DNA from: Mobula hypostoma
Lineage: Eukaryota
Reading direction: 5' to 3'
DNA: 64,000 nt
NCBI RefSeq assembly: GCF_963921235.1
Contig: NC_086106.1
Coordinates: 20,274,001-20,338,000 of the forward strand
In this document: positions 24,577-35,599 of the stretch, in pieces
Layout of the letters: each line of letters starts with the position of its first letter
Position numbering within the stretch: the stretch's first letter is position 1
Notes under the pieces: generated by a model
What the model saw: only the letters and a program-made list of their open reading frames with translations
Databases searched by the model: none
What the model was told of the DNA's origin: nothing
Position numbers and translations under genes: made by a program

Positions 24577-25254
24577 CACAGTCAAAGATTCCTCAAGAAA
24601 AAAGAACGCTGCACGTTCCTCCTCGAGTGCTTGCATAACAGATCGACGTTGTCCGGGTGGGCATAAGCCATTTTAAATCCATATTGAAGCTTTTTATTTG
24701 AGCTTGAGATGATAAATGCCAGCCATAGATATAACCTCTGAGCTCTTGCAAATGTTATTTGGATCAATTCAGTATTGTTTTCATCAATGAAGTCATTTAT
24801 TTCAGGATCGGAACCAACCTGGGCCATTTACATGTCAATCTCCGTGTTGCATTATAGTTAATAAACTGTCCTAGAATGACAAAACCATTTTTGCTATACA
24901 TAATTCTTTAAATGCGTGTAAGACTTTTGCGCAGTACTGTATATGGACGGAAAATAAGAAGAGAGTCATTCATACTTATTGGAAGTCGCCAGAGCCAGAT
25001 CTCGACAGCCTACTCCAGACTCCCAACACATCAAATGTCCCTTAAGACAAAGCCCCCATCACCAGAAAATCTCTGCCAGCTGTTAAGTTGACAGAGCAAT
25101 TTTTTGTGACCCCCTCCCCCCCCCCATTTCCCTTCATCACTCCCACTTTTTGCTTCTTTTAAGCACTGGATAAAGTTATCTGCTAAAGTTTAACTGCTGG
25201 TTATCAATAATGATGATAACAGTACAGGTAATAACAACATGAATAATAGGATAA

Positions 25255-25660
25255 ACAAGCTAGGACAACTTCCTAAATAAATATAGCCATTCCAAATAGA
25301 TATACCATACAGAGATCAATGTGCCAAATAGCTGAACTACGCTGAATGAAAAAGTGGAAATTATAAAACAGTGGAACATGAACAGGGTATACGTTGCCCC
25401 AACAGTAATATCTACAACAAGTACCATCCCAAAGTCACTACACAACGACATTAAACAATTAAGCCAACAGACCAATATTTGTGTAAATCTCCTGAGAACA
25501 ACAATGCTAAACACTGCTAGAACAGTCCAAAAGTTCCTTGCAATTGAAAAATGGGTATGCCTGGTTATGCCCGTACTTAAAGTTTTATCAGCTTGAGCAC
25601 AGAAAAAAATATAATGATCATAACAATTATATAATAACAATATAAATGACAATGATAAAA
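25255..25660 (+). mobile_element. 3' fragment of an R4/Dong-like (restriction-like endonuclease) non-LTR retrotransposon
   Basis: ORF 25354-25596 YVAPTVISTTSTIPKSLHNDIKQL..TMLNTARTVQKFL resembles the C-terminus of RLE-type LINEs; flanked by degenerate (AAT)n. Confidence 0.55.
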
Positions 25661-25774
25661 AAATAAAATACCGGAAATGGTCAGCGGAGCCTACAGCGAC
25701 TGCAGAGAGAGAAACGACGGTATTCTTTTTGGTCGATAACGCTTCATTTGAGCTCTAAAATGTTAATTTTATTT

Positions 25775-26100
25775 TCCTGTTTTCTTAGTGGGCAGCACAG
25801 TTCAACGGCTTCGCAGAAAGTAGAACTACCGTCTCGCAGGTCAGCAAACTCCTAACCTCTGCCCTTCACTGCCTGTGTGGAGATGGCACGTTCTCTCCGG
25901 CGTGCTACAGTTCACCCCGCGCAGCCTGAAGACGTGCGGCTGGAGGGTTAATTGTCCACTGTAAATTGCCCCCATTGTGGAGATGAGGGGTCGATCGTGG
26001 GAAGAACTGAGAAACGAGATTAATGTAGAGTTAGTGCAACAGTGGCGCTTAATGGTCGGTGCAGACCTGATGGGTTGAAGGCTCTGTTTCCCTGAAGAGT
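25775..26100 (+). mobile_element. V-SINE/HE1-like SINE
   Basis: GGCAGCAC head; TGTGTGGAGATGGCACGTTCTC and GGGTTAATTGTCCACTGTAAATTGCCCC core. Confidence 0.65.
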
Positions 26101-26385
26101 CACTCTATGACTTTATCGATGGCCTTTTTTGTTTTGTCCTGTTTGTGGCTTTTACGGATACTTTCAACTCCAGATTATTGCTTATGCTGATGACCTAACT
26201 GCCTGCTGTGCTTATCTGAAGCTCATTTGGAGCAACTTCTACATTAAAAAAAAGGATTCTGCACTACCACCTGGACATTCACCTGGACTCCATTTTTGAA
26301 GCTTGGAACTCTCTGCCTGTGTCAAAACTCCGCTGTACCGAGCAACGTTAGACTTTATACAAAACGTTAATATTTGAGTACTGAC

Positions 26386-26451
26386 TGAGTTCTATGTGCA
26401 ACTTGGTGCCACGGGCGAAGGGTATCCTGTACGACCCTGTATCACCACCCA
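26386..26451 (-). pseudogene. TRAJ: TRAJ with open frame, FARG motif and dead heptamer: GGDTGSYRIPFARGTKLHIEL
   Basis: Donor GTCAGT 26380-26385; heptamer CTGAGCG 26452-26458 (CAC lost); 12-nt spacer; good nonamer GCAAAAACT 26471-26479. Confidence 0.82.
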
Positions 26452-27076
26452 CTGAGCGTTGAAGCACACTGCAAAAACTAAGGCCAGCGCAGCGTTTCCA
26501 CAACGTAGCAGTGCTTTAGCAGGTAGTGCTTTTGCCTCCCAGCTACCGTGAACTGGGTTCGTCAACAACTTCTGCTGGGAGATTGCGCATTCTTCGTCTG
26601 ATGGCGTTCGGGAGTCCCGCGCTTTTTCTGCTCTGATATCACAGTTTACTGGCCCTATCAACAAAACTTTAGAAATGACTGTAAAATACCTCACCAGCCC
26701 TTCGCTGGAATCTTAGACTATATTGTCTAAAATAATTGAAACTATTTATCCAGTGTAACTGGATCTTTCGCTCTTATTGCCCTGTTTTGCAATCCGAGAT
26801 CATTAACAATACTATAGCTTACAAAATCCCTTTGAGACAATTCTGTTGGTAACCAAATTGTGATGGGAGTCTTAATGGGTTGTCACTTATTAGCAATAAA
26901 AATGAATTAGTTAGCTGCTAGTAGAGATGATTGCATAATGATTCGCATTGTCCTGTTGAGCCGAAGAACTGGCAATGATCAAAATTTAAAAACCTGTCTT
27001 TTTTGCGAATATTTTCTCTGCACTTTAATCGACAGGACTTTGGCAGGAAGCGCAATTCTGCTAATCGAAGACATTA

Positions 27077-27172
27077 TAAGACCATAAGAGCATAAGACAA
27101 AGCAGCAGAAGTAGGCCATTCGGCCCATCGAGTCTGCTCCGCCATTTTATCATGAGCTGATCCATTTTCTCC
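27077..27172 (-). mobile_element. Very short CR1 3' tail
   Basis: Near-identical reverse complement of the 3' UTR/tail of the CR1 at 35500-35598 ((TCTTATGG)n tail). Confidence 0.8.
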
Positions 27173-27696
27173 TATTATGTGTCTGCTAAATTAAGTATGC
27201 TTGCAACTTCGAGAATATTACTTCTGCGAAAAGTAATGCACAGTAAGTAAAAGTAAAATGCTCGGCTCAGCCGTATGTCCTACTCTTGAGTGAAGTATCA
27301 GTTGGAATGCCTTTGTCACTCTCACTCTCATAAAAGCAAACATTTTCACTGGTCCACTATACCGGCTCCCTCAGCCGTGTTGCTACAATAAAAAAAAACG
27401 GATAAATATACCAACCCATTAACCATTTGTTTAGAGAAGAAAATGCGTAACTCAGTCAAATTCCTTGTTGATTCCAACTAAGCATCTGAACATTTATCAG
27501 TCATTACGGAAACTAATGAACAGATCCTATTCATTAGATGAATTTATATGTTAGTAGTGAGTTAACTTGGGCTTCTAAAACAAACGAAATGGGGATACCA
27601 CGTACTTATTCCCAGTCCCAAATTAATGACCCGTGAATATTTCTACCGCAGGCATCGCGGATTTCGTTTGATGAAGGGAAGGTCTGGTTTACTCAC

Positions 27697-27758
27697 TTGG
27701 CTCCACCGTCAGTTTCGTCCCTTCCCCGAAGATGAGCTTTGTAGCGCCTGAGGTTATC
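27697..27758 (-). CDS. TRAJ: TRAJ segment, intact: ITSGATKLIFGEGTKLTVEP
   Basis: Donor GTGAGT 27691-27696; CACAGCA 27759-27765; 12-nt spacer; ACAAAAACT 27778-27786. Confidence 0.94.
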
Positions 27759-28121
27759 CACAGCATGACACGCTCTAACAAAAACTACAGTCCAGTCTGC
27801 ACCAACACACAGGTAACACAGGGCAACCACGTATCCCCTGCAATAGTAATAATCCATAATTTGATGCCTCGACTCAGGCTACGTAAATTCGGTACCTCTG
27901 ACCATAAAGCGCTCCCGGTCTGAATTATAGACTTCTGTACTTATACTGTAAAGCCCGCGGTAAGATCGTTACTTCCTGATGTAGGGCTTACTTGAAGAAC
28001 TGAAACCTATATAATTAATAATGAAATATTTCACAAAATAACCCAGATGTTGCAGGAAAGAGTTACTTTAAAGAAATTCCTACACTGGCCAAAAGCACAA
28101 ACAAACCCTTACAAAACTCAC

Positions 28122-28187
28122 TCGGCTCAACAGTTAGTTTAGTCCCAGTTCCGAAGATTAGATGGTACCCCTTTCCAGATCCACTCA
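28122..28187 (-). CDS. TRAJ: TRAJ segment, intact: SGSGKGYHLIFGTGTKLTVEP
   Basis: Donor GTGAGT 28116-28121; CACAGCC 28188-28194; 12-nt spacer; GCAGAAACC 28207-28215. Confidence 0.93.
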
Positions 28188-30154
28188 CACAGCCTTAGAT
28201 GCCATTGCAGAAACCTTGTCCTGATTACTTAACCGGGCGAACAAGCGCTTTCCTCAGCACCTCGACAATTTCCTGAATCCAGTTCCTTCGAAAATCGCAG
28301 TTTATGATGCATTACAACTTTATCCCACTGCTTCACTCCATCTGATTTAGATTTCAATTCTCTTAATAACCCTTCATCTAGATCCTTACGTGCATTTTCA
28401 ATTTTGCCCTTACAACCCCCTTCCAGAACTGTAAGAAATATATGAATAATATGAACTGTTTGCTCAGGTAATCTTGCCAAATTAGTATTGAGAATTTCTA
28501 GATATCCACCCTGCTAAGTGGTCCGCGCATGTCCCATGGGTAGGGTAGGGTCCAGTCCATCTTTCAAGAAGGATTGGGCGCCTTTCAAGGAATCATCTTG
28601 ACAAAACGTTTGACACATCAAATTTCTGATACAAGAAGAGCACCTACCTAACCTAACTCCGTGGCTGTATTTGAACCCTCTCACCCATGTATACGCAGAC
28701 ACACACACACACACACCCGTATGTGATTTATTTTCTCTCCTCCCCTCTTGCTTTGCCTCCAGTTTCTCAATCTCTCTCACCGCACCCTCTCCCACTCTCT
28801 GTCTCTCCTCACCTAGGCACACACAAGCATGGACGCAGGTACCCACGTGTAGTCAGACACAAGCACATAAAGGCACTATTTGTCAGGCACACATACACAA
28901 CTTACCACACTTAAGCAAAGATACGAAAAAATACCAGACACCAACACGCTTCCATTATGATACACATATTAAGATGTAAATACAAACACAAAATGACACA
29001 CACTACATATATGCTTTTAGCCATTGACACATGCATACGCAAAACAAAAACTTGAAGTTAGAATAATCTAGTTTTACATTTTCCCGCAGAGATCCAGACA
29101 AAATTCTCAGATATAATCCAGACAGTTATCCTCAAATCAGAAATATTGGCGGTGAACGCAATTATATAAATCAAAGGAGTATACCACTATCTGTCAATGT
29201 GGTAACATATTGTATAATGTCTAATGTTATTTGAACGAAATGAGGAGGACTCAAATTATTGTTTTCAAGGCTCAAGAATAGCTTCTATCCAGTTTTTATA
29301 CGGTCATTGAACGATTCTCTAGTACGAGAAGGTGGAATCCTGACTCCCCCCACACCGCCCCCACTCCCCCCCCCCCGCCAGTCTACCTCGTTATAAACGT
29401 TCAACTTATGGTCTACCTGCACTGCATCTTCCCTGTAATCGCAATAATCTTGAAATCTGTTATTGTGTTACATTTTACAACCTCAATGCACTGTTATAAA
29501 GAATTAATCTATGTGAATGGCATGTAAAATCGATTTCCAATTTCACTTCGGAAAATGTGTCAACAATAAACCAATTCAGCAATCTGCTTCTTTTTCAAGT
29601 ACTGGCCTTAGACCCTGGTTGGTCACGTTGACTTAAAATGATCAACTTCAGTTCCGTCAGTTTGCCAAATTTTGTAACAAATCGTGCAGTCCCCACACTT
29701 AGTTATCGGATTATTGATGGTAACGAGGTAATTACATCTATTTCCATACACGATTATTGGTTATGCCACCGTTAAGCAGCCCTCAACAACGCCCAATTTT
29801 GCAGATAGCCGAAACTCTGGAATACCCTCTCTGAGTGACTCTTATCTTACAGACTCTCCTCGTTTAAGTCGCTATTTGAAACCAATCTCATCGTTATCTG
29901 CTATAATATCTTGCAATGCAGTGGGCTCATATTTTATTTGACATTTTGTTCGTATCTTGCGTCAAAATTGTAGATGTTTGTGGGGAACTTGTGACAAACG
30001 ATTCTTCATTTACAGCACCAATGGTGACATTGAATAGAGAACAGCAAGAACAGGCAAAGTAACATCACTTCAGGACATCTCTTGCACGCCACTAAGTATA
30101 TGCAATTTTTGGAACTTTCCCTGAATTGTATTACATGCTTTTGTTCATACTTAC

Positions 30155-30220
30155 TGGGTTCTACTGATACCTTCGTCCCCTTTCCAAAGATTAACTTGTC
30201 ATTTGCTCCTCCGTAATTCA
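30155..30220 (-). CDS. TRAJ: TRAJ segment, intact: NYGGANDKLIFGKGTKVSVEP
   Basis: Donor 30149-30154; CACGGTG 30221-30227; 12-nt spacer; GCAAAAACT 30240-30248. Confidence 0.94.
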
Positions 30221-31173
30221 CACGGTGTGTAAGAAGCTTGCAAAAACTCCATTCAGTGCTTCGAATCTACCGTGTGGTACCTTTCCACATCAGTTGTCTG
30301 AGCTGATCATTCATTTCCAGGCGCTAAGGCTTTGAACCGCTTTGGCTCATCACTGTGATTGTGTTTAGTGGCGGATGAAATATAACTTCGGCGATTATTT
30401 TTCATAGGCTTTCTCAGCTGAGGAAATCGGCAATTCAAACGCTTTCAAATTATTCCTTCTACAGAGCTGTATGTAAGGTTTTATTACATAGTAGGTAGTT
30501 ATTATCTCGAACACGCTGACTGAAAATGCCGTTGAATCCCATGAATCTATTACATTGTAGAGTAGTAACACCTAGCTAGATGCTGAAAGATAGTATAGAG
30601 GGATACGTTTCTAATGGAGGCAAACAGAATTAATGTCGATAGGGGGCATATAGGCATGGACATGATGGTGTAGGAATCGATGACTTCATGAGCGAGCGAA
30701 AGGGCAAACAAAATGCTCACTGACTCGGATGAACTGTTAGTTTCCCATTGCTAACGCAAGTTGCTGAATTATATGTTTTTGTTCACACTTACTGGATAAT
30801 GCTGGATTCGTGCAGCAGGTTAGTTGGCAACAATGGGGGAAAGAAACAGGCTGGTGCCACGCCACGCAGTTTTTGTTACAAACGGGAAAGAAAGAAAACA
30901 AGTAAATTATTGTGGTTGCAATTTTATTTGAGACTGGTCGGAATTGGTATCCTAGTTCCTCCCTTTCAGTTTCATATAATGGTTACAGCACAGAGCATCT
31001 ACTTACCTCTTTACAAGGAATATTAGAATTCCACACCCTGATCCTTACGGCCTAGACCTGCAATTTGAACATAATTCGACATTTATCCGATTCTCTCCCA
31101 AAAGCGACAGCATATTAGCTGAGCACTTTCCCGATTCTAACCATGCACAGTGTAGAATACAAAATCCACTCAT

Positions 31174-31237
31174 TGGGCTGGAACTTCAAGACTGTTCCGC
31201 TACCAAAGATCATCTTCCATCCACCCGTGCCTATATT
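31174..31237 (-). pseudogene. TRAJ: 5'-most TRAJ in window, open frame, dead donor: NIGTGGWKMIFGSGTVLKFQP
   Basis: Donor reads ATGAGT (31168-31173); perfect CACAGTG 31238-31244; 12-nt spacer; AGAAAAAAC 31257-31265. Confidence 0.87.
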
Positions 31238-33769
31238 CACAGTGGGGAGCTCCCTGAGAAAAAACACCACATTCCGCCCACTCCCAACGGGCATTTCAAA
31301 TTTTCAGATGATGTCAAAACTTCTGCACTATAAAAATATAGAAACGTTTTTGAATGGGCGAGGGCAGATTATGGGATCTGGTGGGATCCTGATGATAGCT
31401 GGCTGACACTTGAACCACACATCAAATCTGTCTGCTCAATGATTACATAAAAGTTCCGAAGGTGGTGCGGATATTCAGTATTGTCCCAGTCTAGCGTAGG
31501 ATTGCTGAACAGATGAGCATCTGACTTGTGGACTAGGGCATGCATTGTTGAAGTCATTTGCGTTGTTTTTAGTTTGAGTGCCGCAGAGTTGTCCGTTTCA
31601 TAATGGGTCACGCTTCTTTTTCCGCCAGGGAGCTGTGGATAAGCCATTCCGACTCCAAGACTGTGCAGGCGCTTTGATACACTCGAGAAGGAAGACGACA
31701 CTACCACAAGGAGGCGGTAGAGTGTGATGACGGCACCTTCAGAGGCACCGTCTCTCCGTTGAGGTGAACGAGAGACATATTTGTTTTGTCTTTCGATGAG
31801 GTTTCATGACATGATCTTGGCGAGCAGCTGTTTCCACGCTGTTGACTCAGCCAGCACTTATCCTGCATCCAATTTCAGCCTGCTGAGTTGGATAAGGTAC
31901 TCCAAAAGCAGAAACCAGCCGATGTTGTAGACCTGCAATAAACAAAACAAAAAACAAAACAAAAACGGAACGTGTCTGGAGATAAACAGCTACTGAGGCA
32001 GCAATTATACAGGAACACACTTGCTTACAATTTTTGTCAATGATCTTTCTGTATGTCAAAACATCGAGAACATAAGTATTCTTATAATTAGTTTCAAACG
32101 GGGAGAGTAGGAAATAAAGAGGAAGCAGAACCATAAAGTTGTGCTTGATATGATGGTGGTTTTAACCTTCCTTCAAGGCTCTACAGTTCAATAACATTTT
32201 GTATAAACGACTGCAGAATAACAGCTTAAAACCTACCTATCTTTGCGAACGGGGTGATTCTAGTCTCAAAGTTCTGTTTGCGACCCTAGCAGAGTACAAA
32301 TTCAATTATATCTGGTCCCAGCTACTACAGGAGACCTTGACTAACCAATTAGTAATCCTTCTCCAGATGGCACCTTGATTACTCGCCACGTGATCAACAG
32401 CCACACTCCCCTTTGCACCATCAGCGTGTTTCATCTTTCACTCCCACGTCATCTGCACTGTCTATGGCTTCCACTATGTTCTCTTTCCACGGCATCCCAT
32501 TACCGTGCTCATCTCCTGGTGGCATAGATTCACGTTCCATTTAGTATGAGTGTTGAATGCTTTGGAAGCCTCTAAGATGTCTTCAGCCTGAGGAAGCTGG
32601 TGAAGTTGTTGTCTGACTGAATCAGGGACCCGGTTCCAAACCTGGTCTGCAGTGCTGTCGGTGTGTCGTGAGCATGTTATTCTTGTGATTGAGTGTGTTG
32701 CTCTGCGCTCTCTGATTTATTCCCATATTCCAAGAAGGTCAGTGTTTAATTGACCGCAGTATATTGACTTCATTGTTTAATTGAATAATAGAATGTGAAG
32801 CAGGGCGTCTTGATGAAACAAAAAATGAGCAGAATTAAAAAAAAAGATTAAAGTAGAGAATTGTAAATGGGTAGATTATGGTCACGAAGATTCAATGAGC
32901 TGAAGGGTATGGTTCAAAGTGAAAGTCAAAGTTAAAGGAAATTTATTCACCAAGTACGTACATGTTACCATATACTACAGCGAGTTTGCTGTTCTTGCTG
33001 GACTTTTCAGGAAAATAAAGAAATACAGTAGAATTTATGAAAAAATGCACAAAGGCTGGCAGGCAATCAACGTGCAAAAGAACAGAGTTTCTGCAAGATA
33101 ATAATAGTAAGAAAATCGAGATCACGATTTGTAAAATCCTTGAAAGAGTCAGTTCAGAGTTCTGGTGAGTGAAGTTGTCGACACCGGTTCAGCATCTTGA
33201 AGATTGTAGTGTAATAATTGTTCCTGAACCTGTTGATGCAGTATCTTAATGTCACGAGCCCTGCAGGCCTATATTCTTGCAATTGTTAATTATTGTCTTA
33301 TCTGGAGTAGTTAAGCTCTTGTGCTTAATCTTGTCAAGTTTATTTCACTGGCATTGGCTTTCTGCGGACTGTGGTATTTGAAGGGGACTCCCGATTAGCG
33401 CTTATTGCGAGGTACTTGCGGTGCCGCTCAGACAAGCTACCAATATTCTATTGGAACTCGTATCAGTAAGCTCTTGCTTCTGTATCTAGATGGGAGTCTG
33501 TCATTCCTTCGGTCCTAGGTTCAGTCGTCAGTCAGCGCTCACTGAGACACCAAGTCTAGTGTACCTCCTGCCGAATGCTAATAGCGATAACAGAGCACAG
33601 TGGATGTAAGTGCTATTGGATGATAACCATTGCGGTAGTTTGCCCTATTCTTCCTGGACACCTGCATGATTGTACCATGCTTGAAGCCAGTAGTTACCTT
33701 AAGCTGCCAAGGATAGAGTTTGAATATGTTCTCAAACATTTCAGCCGGTTTAGCACAAGTCTTCAGGAA

Positions 33770-35598
33770 GAGTAAAGAGTAAAAGACAGGTGAGAGTAGA
33801 TATAGGACCGATAGAAAATGATGCTGGAGAAATCGTAATGGGAGATGAGGAGATAGTAGAGCATCTGAACAAGTATTTTGCATCAGTCTTCACCGAGGAA
33901 GACAGCAGTATACCGGACACTCAAGGGGGCAGGGAAGAGAAGTGTGCGCAGTCACAATTACGACAGAGAAAGTACTCAGGAAGCTGAATAGGCTAAAGGT
34001 AGATAAATCGCCTGGACCAGATGGAATGCACCCTCGTGTTCTGAAGGAATAAGCTGTAGAGATTGCGGAGGCATTAGCGATGATCTTTCAAAAGTCGATA
34101 GATTCTGGCATGGTTCCGGAGGACTGGAAGATTGCAAATGTCACTTCGCTATTTAAGAAGGGGGCAAGGAAGCAAAAAAGGAAATTATAGACCTATTAGC
34201 TTGACATCCGTGGTTGGGAAGTTGTTGGAGTCGATTGTCAAGGATGAGGTTACAGAGTACCTGGAGGCATATGACAAGATAGGCAGAACTCAGCATGGAT
34301 TCCTTAAAGGAAAATTCTGCCTGACAAACCTATTACAACTTTTTGAGGAAATTACCAGTAGGCTAGACAAGGGACATGCAGTGGATGTTGTATATTTGGA
34401 TTTTCAGAAGGCCTTTGACAAGGTGCCACACATGGGGTTACTTAACAAGATAAGAGCCCATGGAATTACGGGAAAGTTACATACGTGGATAGAGCGTTGG
34501 CTGATTGGCAGGAAACAGAGAGTGGGAATAAAGGGATCCTATTCTGATTGGCTGCCGGTTACCAGTGGTGTTCCTCCGGGATCAGTGTTGGGGCCGCTTC
34601 TTTTTACATTATACATCAACGATTTAGATTATGGAATAGATGGCTTTGTGGCTAAGTTTGCTGACAATACGAAGATAGGTGGAGGGGCCGGTATTGCTGA
34701 GGAAACGGAGAGTCTGCAGAGAGACTTGGCTAGATTGGAAGAATGGGCAGAGAAGTGGCAAATGAAGTACAATGTTGGAAAGTGTATGGTTATGCACTTT
34801 GGCAGAAAAAATAAACGGGCAGACTATTATTTAAATGGGAAAAGAATTCAAAGTTCTGAGATGCAACGGGACTTGGGAGTCCTCGTACAGGATACCCTTA
34901 GAGTTAACCTCCAGGTTAAGTCAGTAGTGAAGAAGGCGAATGCAATGTTGGCATTCATTTCCAGAGGAATAGAGTATACGAGCAGGGATGTGATGTTGAG
35001 GCTCTATAAGGCGTTGGTGAGACCTCACTTGGAGTACTGTGGGCAGTTTTGGTCTCCTTACTTAAGAAAGGATGTGCTGACGTTGGAGAGGGTACAGAGG
35101 AGATTCACTGGAATGATTCCGAGACTGAGAGGGTTAACATATGATTAACGTTTGTCCGCTCTTGGACTGTATTCCTTGGAGTTTAGAAGAATGAGGGGAG
35201 ACCTCTTAGAAACATTTCGAATGGTGAAAGGCATGGACAGAGTGGATGTGGCAAAGTTGTTTCCCATGATGGGGGAGTCTAGTACGAGAGGGCATGACTT
35301 ATGGATTGAACGGCGCCCTTTCAGAACAGAAATCCGAAGAAATTTTTTTAGTCAGAGGGTGGAGAATCTATGGAATTTGTTGCCACGGGCAGCAGTGGAG
35401 GCCAAGTCATTGGGTGTAATTAAGGCAGAGATTCATAGGTATCTGAGTAGCCAGGGCATCAAAGGTTATGGTGAGCAGGCAGGGGAGTGGGACTAAATAG
35501 GAGAAAATGGATCAGCTCATCATAAAATGGCGGAGCAGACTCGATGGGATGAATGGCCTACTTCTGCTCTTTTGTCTTATGGTCTTATGGTCTTATGG
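33770..35598 (+). mobile_element. CR1-clade LINE, 5'-truncated, RT largely intact but with stops
   Basis: ORF 34132-35148: QHGFLKGKFCLTNLL, VYLDFQKAFDKVPH, SGVPPGSVLGPLLF, KFADNTK; (TCTTATGG)n tail. Confidence 0.95.
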
Positions 35599-35599
35599 A

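Larger units (their letters stand above)
391..31265 (-). other. TRAJ: TCR alpha joining (TRAJ) gene-segment cluster, 32 segments recognised
   Basis: Repeated plus-strand pattern ACTTAC/ACTCAC (reverse-complement donor) + 60-66 nt + CACAGTG-like heptamer + 12 nt + ACAAAAACC-like nonamer. Many Js, 12-RSS, FGxG and no interspersed C exon fit TRA rather than IgH (WGxG, 23-RSS) or the small TRB/TRG/TRD J sets. Confidence 0.93.

Noticed and set aside
24974-25055. SGVG motif with CACATCA/13/ACAAAGCCC
   Set aside because: ATAAGT donor, short length and poor FR4 match; not distinguishable from chance.
26549-26669. CACAGTT/14/ACAAAACTT with upstream KLLTNP
   Set aside because: Wrong spacer, wrong length and no F-G motif.
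30787-30880. Perfect GTAAGT donor as another J
   Set aside because: No FGxG and no credible RSS.
31146-31167. CACAGTG...ACAAAATCC as an extra RSS
   Set aside because: Spacer is only 6 nt and no coding segment is attached.
391-31265. Repeat-plus-variable-spacer periodicity suggesting a CRISPR-like array
   Set aside because: Units are ~1 kb apart, have splice donors and RSSs and encode FGxG; the DNA is vertebrate.
74-31707. Most 60-190 aa ORFs in the track as protein-coding genes
   Set aside because: No recognisable domains; those with J motifs are read-through of J exons into introns and RSSs.
34132-35148. 338-aa RT ORF as an active or domesticated gene
   Set aside because: 5'-truncated CR1 bounded by stops (~34049, ~35146), with YADD changed to FADN.
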